Assembly (NCBI GenBank): GCA_014905635.1 | Contig: JABVCE010000048.1 | Location: 1-64,000, forward strand | DNA: 64,000 nucleotides | Direction: 5' to 3' | Origin: Scenedesmus sp. PABB004 | Taxonomy: Eukaryota | Shown: piece after piece, positions 1 through 11,200 of the stretch | Numbering within the stretch: position 1 is the first letter of the stretch | Layout of the letters: each line of letters begins with the position of its first letter | The notes under the pieces: generated by a model | Databases searched by the model: none | What the model was told of the DNA's origin: nothing | Seen by the model: the letters and a program-made list of their open reading frames with translations, nothing else | Translations under genes and position numbers: made by a program

Positions 1-228
1 GCGCTTGGCAGAGGCCATCGCCCCTTGTCCGCGACTTCTTTTACTTGAGTCGCCCTCGTCAAACGCAGTAAATCGCGCCGCGCTTGCTCGCGCTGTGCTC
101 GTTTGCGCTCCGTCGCGCTCCGTCGCGCTTCCCGCGCCGCGCTCGATCTACTCGCGCCGCCGCCGCTCGACGTCGGCCCTTTCGCGCCCGACTTTGCCTC
201 TTCTCGCGCTCAAGGGCCTCGGCCCTCG

Positions 229-725
229 CCGTCCGCCCGCCCGCGCCGCTCACAGGTGTACGTACGACCCGGCCGTGCGCATCGGTCATCAAGGCGGGCG
301 TCCGTGCACCTTGGGCGTGCGTGTCTACACGGCGGCGTGACGTTGGAGGACATCCCTCGACCCGCCGCCCCTACGACCTCGGCGCCCTCGACCCTCGCGC
401 CCCTACGACTCTCGGCCCCTCGACCCTCGCGCCCCTACGACCCTCGGCGCCCTCGACCAACTCGTAACGCGCGCCCGCTCGCGCCCGCCGCTCTTGCGCC
501 GCGCGTGCGCCTCGGTACGCTCGCACGCTACGCTAGCGCGCGCCTCGTGTCTCCAAACCTGAGCTAACTTCAAAGGGCCTTGCCCCCTTCGCCGTCCGCC
601 CGCGCCCGCGCCGTACGTAGGTGTGCGTACGTCTCGGCCGCGTGCATCGGACATCTAGGCGGGGCGTCCGTACACCTCGTACGTGCGCGCGTCTACGGCG
701 CGGCGTGACGTGGGAGACATCCGCC
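229..725 (+). repeat. Diverged ~130-bp direct repeat pair and short tandem repeats in the copia leader
   Basis: 229-355 resembles 590-725 (gccgtccgcccgc...ggcgtgacgt.gga..acatcc); about 3 copies of a ~32-bp unit cgaccctcgcgcccctacga.. at 357-460. Confidence 0.8.
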
Positions 726-760
726 AATAACTCCATCGGCCCGCCAACGCGGCTACCGTC

Positions 761-3700
761 ATGATGGACTTTGAAAAGTTTGGCGTTGAGCGATTCACCG
801 GCTCCAACTACGTCACGTGGAGCACCAAGATTACCTTCTACCTCAAGCTCAAGGGCTTCTATGGCGCGCTCATCGACGCGCCGCCGCCCGGCAACGACGC
901 CGACGCCGCGCCCGCGCGCGACGCCGCGCGCGACGACAAGGCCCTTGCCGCCATCGTCCTCTCCGTCGACAACAAGATCTTGCCACTCATCCAAACGTGC
1001 ACCACCGCCAAGGAAGCGTGGGACAAGCTCGCCAACATGTACCACACCCAAAACACGGCAAGCATCGTGCGCTTCAAGCGCGAGTTGAGCACGCTCGCCA
1101 AGGGCAACACCGAGACCATCACGGCCTTTGCCGGCCGCGCGTACGCGCTCAAGGACAACCTCATCTCCGCCGGCGCCACGGTGGACGACATGGACATCTC
1201 GCTCGCCATGCTCGACAAGCTCCCGAGCGCGTACGAGGTCACCAAGAAGATCATCATGAGCAAGAAGCCCTTCCCCACGCTCGAGGAGGTCATCTCCGAG
1301 CTCTTGACCGTGGAGGCGCAAACCCCGGCCAACACCGAGAAGGCCTACTTTGCGACCGCGCCGCGGCCCAAGTTCAAGCCGCTCAACAAGACGTTCAACC
1401 CGCGCTTCAACAAGCCCTTCAACCCGCGCGCGCCATGCTCGGCGCGTCGCGCTTCGTCAACTCGCCGCGCCCGTTCAACGGCGGCGGCTCGCCCGGCGGC
1501 AACCGGCCGCGCTTCGGCGCGTCCAAGGACGCCAAAGACGTGTGCTACTATTGCAAGAAGCCCGGCCACTTCATCGGTGAGTGCCGCGAGCGGGCCGCGG
1601 TCGAGGCGCGCAAGGGCACGCCCGACACCGAGCGGCGCGAGGTGGCGTGGACCGCCACCACGCTCGCTCCCGACTACGACAACCCGGACTACGCGTGCAC
1701 GTGGTTCATCGACTCGGGGCCGAGCGCCACATCACCAACGACGCCGGCGACCTCAACAACCCCAAGCCGTGCTCGACCAAGGTCATCGTGGCACCGGCGA
1801 GGTGGTCGCCGCCGAGCTCGAGGGCGACGCCATCTTGCACGAGTCCAACGTCATCTCGCGGCGCATCGTGCTCCGCCGCGTGCTCTACATCCCCGGCTTT
1901 GCGGCCAAGCTCGTCTCCATCAAGATGGCCAAGCTCGCCGGCGCCCACGTTCATCATGGAGGGCAACAAGTGCGCCGTGCGCATGGGCGGCGAGACGATC
2001 GTCACCGCCATCGACGCGCCCAACGGCATCCCGTGCATCGTGAGCAACACGCTCCGCGGCTCCCCGAGCCCGGCGCTCATTGCCAAAGAGGCGCCCGAGG
2101 TGTGGCACGCGCGCCTTGGCCACCTCGGCTACGCCAACCTCGAGCGCGCCGCCAAGCACGGCATGGTGACCGGCATGGACCTCACGACCACCGACTTCAA
2201 GGCGCTCCCCATGTGCGAGCCGTGCGTGATGGGCAAGACGACGCGCCTCCCCTTCGGTGAGTCCGCGACGGTGTACGACACGCCGCTCGCGCTCGTGAGC
2301 ATGGACGTGTGCGGCCCCATGACCGAGCTCTCTTACGGCGGCGCCAAGTACGCCGCGACCTTCATCGACCACGCGACGGGCTACTCCATCGTGCGCACGC
2401 TCAAGAGCAAGGCCGACGTCACGCCGGCCGTCAAGGAGGTGCTCACCTACATGGAGAAGCAAACCGACGCCCACGTCAAGGCCGTCCGCACCGACAACGG
2501 CTCCGAGTACGTCAACGCCGACCTCTCTGGCTTCTTCAAGGACAAGGGCATCGCGCACCAAAAGACCATGCCCTACACGCCCGAGCAAAACGGCACCGCC
2601 GAGCGGCTCAACCGCACGCTCCTCAACAAGGTGCTCCCCATGATCTACGCCGCCGAGCTCCCGCCCGCGGCGTGGGGTGAGGCGATCATGACGGCCAACC
2701 ACCTCCGCAACCTCTCTCCCGTGAGCGGCAAGCCCAAGACGCCGTTCGAGGCCTTCTTCGGCCGCAAGCCCGACGTGTCAACGCTCCGCGTCTTTGGCGC
2801 CACGGCCTACGCCCACGTGCCCAAGGAGAAGAGGACCAAGCTCGAGCCGCACGCCGAGAAGGCATCATGGTGGGCTACCCGGCCTTTGGCAAGGGGCTAC
2901 CGCATCCTCATGCCCGACGGCAACATCAAGTTGAGCCGCAACGTCGTCTTCGACGAGAGCAAGGTGCTCTCCAAGAGCTTCGCCAACTACAAGTCCCCGA
3001 CGCTCATCGACCCCGACATCACCCGCTACGCCGCCGAGAAGTTCCCGGCGGACGACGCCTTTGAGGACGAGCCCGACTCCGGCGCGCACGACGGTGCGCC
3101 GCCGAGCGGCTCCCCGCCGGGCACCCCGGCGGCTCCCCGCCCGCGAGCCCCGGCGGCTCCCCGCCCTCGAGCCCGGGCGGCTCGCCGCCGCCCGCGCCGA
3201 GCCCGGGCCCGAGAGCAACGACAACATGCCGGCGCCGACCGCCGGCGCACCGACTCCACCACCGGCGGCACCATCACGCGCTCGGGCGCGTGTCGCGCAA
3301 GCCCGGTGAGTGGTGGAACGCCGCCGCCGCCGCGCACTACGCGGGGCAGGTCTTGCCCGACCCGGCCACGCGCACCGAGGCGCTCGGCCGGCTCGACGCG
3401 TCCAAGTGGGACGACGCCATGAACGAGGAGATCGCCGCCCACGTGGCCAACAACACGTGGGAGCTCGACGTGCCGCCCGCCGGCGTCAAGATCATCCCGA
3501 CCAAGTGGGTCCTCACGACCAAGACCGACCTCGCCGGCAACATCGAGCGCTACAAGGGCCGCATCGTCGCCAAGGGCTTCCACCAGATCGAGGGCATCGA
3601 CTACGACGAGGTCTTCGCCCCCGTCGGCAAGTACGCCACGCTGCGCGCGGTGCTCGCGCTCGCCGCTGCGCACGACTACGAGATCATCCAAATCGACATT

Positions 3701-4885
3701 AAGAACGCCTTCCTCCAAGGCAACCTCGAGGAGGAGGTGTGGATCAGCCAGCCCGAGGGCTACGACGACGGCTCCGGCCGCGCGTGCCGCCTGATCAAGG
3801 CGCTCTACGGCCTCAAGCAGGCCCCGCGCGCGTGGCACTCGCGCCTGCACGAGGAGCTCACCAAGATGGGCTCCGCGCCGTCCAAGGCCGACGCATCGCT
3901 CTACGTCGGCACCTCCGGCGCGTACATCCTCATCTACGTCGACGACATCCTCATCATTGCGCGCAACTGCGCGCTCGCCGAGTCGGTCAAGGCGGAGCTC
4001 TTTGCCGCCTTCAAGACCCGCGACCTCGGCGAGGTGAGCCAGTACCTCGGCATGCACATCACGCGCGACCGCATCAACAAGACCATCAAGATCACCAACG
4101 AGAAGATGGTGACCGAGCTCGTCTTCAAGTACGGGCTCGCCGACTGCGCGCCCCGCGACATCCCCGTGAGCCTCGGCACCAAGCTCACCAAGGACAACGG
4201 CGACCCGCTCGACACCGCGGCCTACCCCTACACGTCGCTCGTGGGAGCGCTCCTCTACCTCTCCATCACGGTGCGCCCCGACATCGCCTTTGCGGTGAGC
4301 GCGTTGACACGCTTCATGTCCTGCCCCACGACCGTGCACTGGGGCGTGGCCAAGGGCGTGCTCCGCTACCTGGCCGGCACCACCAACATTGGCATCATCT
4401 ACGGCGGCATCAAGGGCAGCCTGGACCTCAACGGCATGTGTGACTCGGACTACGCGGCCGACCTCGACACGCGCCGCTCGACCACCGGCTACGTCTTCAC
4501 CCTCAACGGCGGCGCAATCACCTGGTCCAGCAAGAAGCAGCAGACCGTCGCAGCCTCCACCACCGAGGCCGAGTACATGGCCGCCTCCGCTGCGGTCAAG
4601 GAGGCCCTCTGGCTGCGCAAGCTCATGAGCGACCTCAAGGTCAACATCGGCGCCATCGACATCCTCTCCGACAACCAGGGTGCGATCAAGCTGCTGCGCA
4701 ACCCCGTGTCCTCGCAGCGCTCGAAGCACATTGACGTCGCGCACCACTTTGCGCGCGAGCGCGTGGCCCGCGGCGAGGTCACGTTCCACTACGTGCCCAC
4801 GGCCGACAACATCGCCGACGCGCTCACCAAGCCGCTGGCGCTGTCCAAGTTTGTGGCGTGCCGCACCGGCATGGGCATGGTGTGA
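761..4885 (+). pseudogene. copia gag-pol polyprotein, frameshifted (decay or consensus indel errors)
   Basis: FTGSNYVTW gag start, CYYCKKPGHFIGEC, WFIDSG protease, WHARLGH..CEPC, VRTDNGSEY, PEQNGTAER, LYGLKQAPRAW, IYVDDILI, DSDYAADLDTRRSTTGY, RSKHID; frame changes near 1435, 1720-1950, 2865-2885 and 3290. Confidence 0.92.
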
Positions 4886-4905
4886 GTGTTGCGTCCGCGT
4901 GGGAG

Positions 4906-5237
4906 TGATGAGAGTGCGTGTTTTCGGCCGCACACTCACCCCATTGCGTGCATGGAGCCTAAAGGAAGCTACTCGGAACTTTGGGCCTTAGTTGGGCTCT
5001 TGTGGAAGGTGCTAACCGCGGTGGAAGCTGCTTACGGCGCAGCTACCGGCAGCCGCCGAGAAGCTGCGATTACCGATACCGTTTCGGCTATATAGCTCCG
5101 TGCGCCCGCCCCGTTTGCCTAAGGAGTCTCTTCACCACGCACATGTAACCTTTGCTCCTTCACTCGTGTCTCCGTGCTCTCTCGTTGGCCAACCGCCGCT
5201 GTCCGCCGTTGTCGACTCGCTCTTCTAGCCGGCAACA
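4906..5237 (+). repeat. Putative 3' LTR (~332 bp)
   Basis: Begins TGATG directly after the PPT and ends CAACA (imperfect terminal inverted repeat); contains TATATA (5089-5094) and TGTAA (5144-5148). No second LTR in the window, so the right end is inferred. Confidence 0.7.
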
Positions 5238-5259
5238 ACCGCGCCTACTCCGACCAAGA

Positions 5260-8200
5260 CCGCGGCGCGGCGCGGCCGCCGGCGGCCGACCTCGGCGGCG
5301 CAGCCCGCGGCCGGGCAGCATGTTGGAGCCGCGCACCTCCGCTCCGCAGGGGCGGCGGGGCAGGGAAACGGCGCACGGCAGCGCCGCGCCGCGGCGCCGG
5401 CGAGCGGCGCGCGCGCGGCGCGGCGCGCGGCCCGCGGCGCGGCGCGGCCGCCCGCGGCCGACCTCGGCGGCGCAGCCCGCGGCCGGGCAGCATGTTGGAG
5501 CCGCGCACCTCCGCTCCGCAGGGGCGGCGGGGCAGGGGAAACGGCGCACGGCAGCGCCGCGCCGCGGCGCCGGCGAGCGGCGCGCGCGCGGCGGCGCGCG
5601 GCCCGCGGCGCGGCGCGGCCGCCGGCGGCCGACCTCGGCGGCGCAGCCCGCGGCCGGGCAGCATGTCGGAGCCGCGCACCTCCGCTCCGCAGGGGCGGCG
5701 GGGCAGGGGAAACGGCGCACGGCAGCGCCGCGCCGCGGCGCCGGCGAGCGGCGCGCGCGGGCGGCGCGCGGCCCGCGGCGCGGCGCGGCCGCGGCGGCCG
5801 ACCTCGGCGGCGCAGCCCGCGGCCGGGCAGCATGTTGGAGCCGCGCACCTCCGCTCCGCAGGGGCGGCGGGCAGGGGAAACGGCGCACGGCAGCGCCGCG
5901 CCGCGGCGCGCGAGCGGCGCGCGCCGCGCGGCGGCGGCGCGCGGCCCGCGGCGCGGCGCGGCCGCCGGCGGCCGACCTCGGCGGCGCAGCCCGCGGCCGG
6001 GCAGCATGTTGGAGCCGCGCACCTCCGCTCCGCAGGGGCGGCGGGGCAGGGAAACGGCGCACGGCAGCGCCGCGCCGCGGCGCCGGCGACCGGCGCGCGC
6101 GGGCGGCGCGCGGCCCGCGGCGCGGCGCGGCCGCCCGCGGCCGACCTCGGCGGCGCAGCCCGCGGCCGGGCAGCATGTTGGAGCCGCGCACCTCCGCTCC
6201 GCAGGGGCGGCGGGGCAGGGGAAACGGCGCACGGCAGCGCCGCGCCGCGGCGCCGGCGAGCGGCGCGCGCGCGGGCGGCGCGCGGCCCGCGGCGCGGCGC
6301 GGCCGCCGGCGGCCGACCTCGGCGGCGCAGCCCGCGGCCGGGCAGCATGTTGGAGCCGCGCACCTCCGCTCCGCAGGGGCGGCGGGGCAGGGGAAACGGC
6401 GCACGGCAGCGCCGCGCCGCGGCGCCGGCGAGCGGCGCGCGCGCGCGCGGCGCGCGCGCCCGCGCGCGGCGCGGCGCGGCGCGGCGGCCGACCTCGGCGG
6501 CGCAGCCCGCGGCCGGGCAGCATGTTGGAGCCGCGCACCTCCGCTCCGCAGGGGCGGCGGGGCAGGGGAAACGGCGCACGGCAGCGCCGCGCCGCGGCGC
6601 CGGCGACCGGCGCGCGCGCGGGCGGCGCGCGGCCCGCGGCGCGGCGCGGCCGCCCGCGGCCGACCTCGGCGGCGCAGCCCGCGGCCGGGCAGCATGTTGG
6701 AGCCGCGCACCTCCGCTCCGCAGGGGCGGCGGGGCAGGGGAAACGGCGCACGGCAGCGCCGCGCCGCGGCGCCGGCGAGCGGCGCGCGCGCGGGCGGCGC
6801 GCGGCCCGCGGCGCGGCGCGGCCGCCGGCGGCCGACCTCGGCGGCGCAGCCCGCGGCCGGGCAGCATGTCGGAGCCGCGCACCTCCGCTCCGCAGGGGCG
6901 GCGGGGCAGGGGAAACGGCGCACGGCAGCGCCGCGCCGCGGCGCCGGCGAGCGGCGCGCGGCCCGCGGCGCGGCGCGGCCGCCCGCGGCCGACCTCGGCG
7001 GCGCAGCCCGCGGCCGGGCAGCATGTTGGAGCCGCGCACCTCCGCTCCGCAGGGGCGGCGGGGCAGGGGAAACGGCGCACGTCAGCGGCGCGCCGCGGCG
7101 CCGGCGAGCGGCGCGCGCGCGGGCGGCGCGCGGCCCGCGGCGCGGCGCGGCCGCCGGCAGCCGACCTCGGCGGCGCAGCCCGCGGCCGGGCAGCATGTTG
7201 GAGCCGCGCACCTCCGCTCCGCAGGGGCGGCGGGGCAGGGGAAACGGCGCACGGCAGCGCCGCGCCGCGGCGCCGGCGACCGGCGCGCGCGCGGGCGGCG
7301 CGCGGCCCGCGGCGCGGCGCGGCCGCCGCGGCCGACCTCGGCGGCGCAGCCCGCGGCCGGGCAGCATGTTGGAGCTGCGCACCTCCGCTCCGCAGGGGCG
7401 GCGGGGCAGGGGAAACGGCGCACGGCAGCGCCGCGCCGCGGCGCCGGCGAGCGGCGCGCGCGCGGGCGGCGCGCGGCCCGCGGCGCGGCGCGGCCGCCCG
7501 CGGCCGACCTCGGCGGCGCAGCCCGCGGCCGGGCAGCATGTTGGAGCCGCGCACCTCCGCTCCGCAGGGGCGGCGGGGCAGGGGAAACGGCGCACGGCAG
7601 CGCCGCGCCGCGGCGCCGGCGAGCGGCGCGCGCGCGGGCGGCGCGCGGCCCGCGGCGCGGCGCGGCCGCCGGCAGCCGACCTCGGCGGCGCAGCCCGCGG
7701 CCGGGCAGCATGTTGGAGCCGCGCACCTCCGCTCCGCAGGGGCGGCGGGGCAGGGGAAACGGCGCACGGCAGCGCCGCGCCGCGGCGCCGGCGACGGCGC
7801 GCGCGCGCGGCGCGCGCGGCCCGCGGCGCGGCGCGGCCGCCCGCGGCCGACCTCGGCGGCGCAGCCCGCGGCCGGGCAGCATGTTGGAGCCGCGCACCTC
7901 CGCTCCGCAGGGGCGGCGGGGCAGGGGAAACGGCGCACGGCAGCGCCGCGCCGCGGCGCCGGCGAGCGGCGCGCGCGCGGGCGGCGCGCGGCCCGCGGCG
8001 CGGCGCGGCCGCCGGCGGCCGACCTCGGCGGCGCAGCCCGCGGCCGGGCAGCATGTCGGAGCCGCGCACCTCCGCTCCGCAGGGGCGGCGGGGCAGGGGA
8101 AACGGCGCACGGCAGCGCCGCGCCGCGGCGCCGGCGAGCGGCGCGCGCGCGGGCGGCGCGCGGCCCGCGGCGCGGCGCGGCCGCCGGCGGCCGACCTCGG

Positions 8201-11200
8201 CGGCGCAGCCCGCGGCCGGGCAGCATGTTGGAGCCGCGCACCTCCGCTCCGCAGGGGCGGCGGGGCAGGGGAAACGGCGCACGGCAGCGCCGCGCCGCGG
8301 CGCCGGCGAGCGGCGCGCGCGCGGGCGGCGCGCGGCCCGCGGCGCGGCGCGGCCGCCGGCGGCCGACCTCGGCGGCGCAGCCCGCGGCCGGGCAGCATGT
8401 TGGAGCCGCGCACCTCCGCTCCGCAGGGGCGGCGGGGCAGGGGAAACGGCGCACGGCAGCGCCGCGCCGCGGCGCCGGCGAGCGGCGCGCGCGCGGGCGG
8501 CGCGCGGCCCGCGGCGCGGCGCGGCCGCCGGCGGCCGACCTCGGCGGCGCAGCCCGCGGCCGGGCAGCATGTTGGAGCCGCGCACCTCCGCTCCGCAGGG
8601 GCGGCGGGGCAGGGGAAACGGCGCACGGCAGCGCCGCGCCGCGGCGCCGGCGACCGGCGCGCGCGCGGGCGGCGCGCGGCCCGCGGCGCGGCGCGGCCGC
8701 CCGCGGCCGACCTCGGCGGCGCAGCCCGCGGCCGGGCAGCATGTTGGAGCCGCGCACCTCCGCTCCGCAGGGGCGGCGGGGCAGGGGAAACGGCGCACGG
8801 CAGCGCCGCGCCGCGGCGCCGGCGAGCGGCGCGCGCGCGGGGCGGCGCGCGGCCCGCGGCGCGGCGCGGCCGCCGGCGGCCGACCTCGGCGGCGCAGCCC
8901 GCGGCCGGGCAGCATGTTGGAGCCGCGCACCTCCGCTCCGCAGGGGCGGCGGGGCAGGGGAAACGGCGCACGGCAGCGCCGCGCCGCGGCGCCGGCGAGC
9001 GGCGCGCGCGCGGCGGCGCGCGGCCCGCGGCGCGGCGCGGCCGCCGGCGGCCGACCTCGGCGGCGCAGCCCGCGGCCGGGCAGCATGTTGGAGCCGCGCA
9101 CCTCCGCTCCGCAGGGGCGGCGGGGCAGGGGAAACGGCGCACGGCAGCGCCGCGCCGCGGCGCCGGCGACCGGCGCGCGCGCGGGCGGCGCGCGGCCCGC
9201 GGCGCGGCGCGGCCGCCGCGGCCGACCTCGGCGGCGCAGCCCGCGGCCGGGCAGCATGTTGGAGCCGCGCACCTCCGCTCCGCAGGGGCGGCGGGGCAGG
9301 GGAAACGGCGCACGGCAGCGCCGCGCCGCGGCGCCGGCGAGCGGCGCGCGCGCGGGCGGCGCGCGGCCCGCGGCGCGGCGCGGCCGCCGGCGGCCGACCT
9401 CGGCGGCGCAGCCCGCGGCCGGGCAGCATGTCGGAGCCGCGCACCTCCGCTCCGCAGGGGCGGCGGGGCAGGGGAAACGGCGCACGGCAGCGCCGCGCCG
9501 CGGCGCCGGCGAGCGGCGCGCGGCCCGCGGCGCGGCGCGGCCGCCCGCGGCCGACCTCGGCGGCGCAGCCCGCGGCCGGGCAGCATGTTGGAGCCGCGCA
9601 CCTCCGCTCCGCAGGGGCGGCGGGGCAGGGGAAACGGCGCACGTCAGCGGCGCGCCGCGGCGCCGGCGAGCGGCGCGCGCGCGGGCGGCGCGCGGCCCGC
9701 GGCGCGGCGCGGCCGCCGGCAGCCGACCTCGGCGGCGCAGCCCGCGGCCGGGCAGCATGTTGGAGCCGCGCACCTCCGCTCCGCAGGGGCGGCGGGGCAG
9801 GGGAAACGGCGCACGGCAGCGCCGCGCCGCGGCGCCGGCGACCGGCGCGCGCGCGGGCGCGCGCGGCCCGCGGCGCGGCGCGGCCGCCCGCGGCCGACCT
9901 CGGCGGCGCAGCCCGCGGCCGGGCAGCATGTTGGAGCCGCGCACCTCCGCTCCGCAGGGGCGGCGGGGCAGGGGAAACGGCGCACGGCAGCGCCGCGCCG
10001 CGGCGCCGGCGAGCGGCGCGCGCGCGGGCGGCGCGCGGCCCGCGGCGCGGCGCGGCCGCCGGCCGACCTCGGCGGCGCAGCCCGCGGCCGGGCAGCATGT
10101 TGGAGCCGCGCACCTCCGCTCCGCAGGGGCGGCGGGGCAGGGGAAACGGCGCACGGCAGCGCCGCGCCGCGGCGCCGGCGAGCGGCGCGCGCGCGGGCGG
10201 CGCGCGGCCCGCGGCGCGGCGCGGCCGCCGGCAGCCGACCTCGGCGGCGCAGCCCGCGGCCGGGCAGCATGTTGGAGCCGCGCACCTCCGCTCCGCAGGG
10301 GCGGCGGGGCAGGGGAAACGGCGCACGGCAGCGCCGCGCCGCGGCGCCGGCGACCGGCGCGGCGCGCGGGCGGCGCGCGGCCCGCGGCGCGGCGCGCCCG
10401 CCCGCCCGACCTCGGCGGCGCAGCCCGCGGCCGGGCAGCATGTTGGAGCCGCGCACCTCCGCTCCGCAGGGGCGGCGGGGCAGGGGAAACGGCGCACGGC
10501 AGCGCCGCGCCGCGGCGCCGGCGAGCGGCGCGCGCGCGCGGGCGCGCGCGGCCCGCGGCGCGGCGCGGCCGCCGGCGGCCGACCTCGGCGGCGCAGCCCG
10601 CGGCCGGGCAGCATGTCGGAGCCGCGCACCTCCGCTCCGCAGGGGCGGCGGGGCAGGGGAAACGGCGCACGGCAGCGCCGCGCCGCGGCGCCGGCGAGCG
10701 GCGCGCGCGCGCGGCGCGCGGCCCGCGGCGCGGCGCGGCCGCCGGCGGCCGACCTCGGCGGCGCAGCCCGCGCCGGGCAGCATGTTGGAGCCGCGCACCT
10801 CCGCTCCGCAGGGGCGGCGGGGCAGGGGAAACGGCGCACGGCAGCGCCGCGCCGCGGCGCCGGCGAGCGGCGCGCGCGGCGGGCGGCGCGCGGCCCGCGG
10901 CGCGGCGCGGCCGCCGGCGGCCGACCTCGGCGGCGCAGCCGCGGCCGGGCAGCATGTTGGAGCCGCGCACCTCCGCTCCGCAGGGGCGGCGGGGCAGGGG
11001 AAACGGCGCACGGCAGCGCCGCGCCGCGGCGCCGGCGACCGGCGCGCGCGCGGCGGCGCGCGGCCCGCGGCGCGGCGCGGCCGCCCGCGGCCGACCTCGG
11101 CGGCGCAGCCCGCGGCCGGGCAGCATGTTGGAGCCGCGCACCTCCGCTCCGCAGGGGCGGCGGGGCAGGGGAAACGGCGCACGGCAGCGCCGCGCCGCGG

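Larger units (their letters stand above)
1..5237 (+). mobile_element. Ty1/copia LTR retrotransposon, 5' LTR outside window
   Basis: Domain order gag - CCHC knuckle - protease - integrase - RT - RNase H; purine tract GGGAG at 4901-4905 followed by a TG...CA LTR candidate. Confidence 0.95.

Noticed and set aside
1430..3300. Programmed frameshifting in copia
   Set aside because: Too many frame breaks inside conserved domains; decay or indel errors are more likely.
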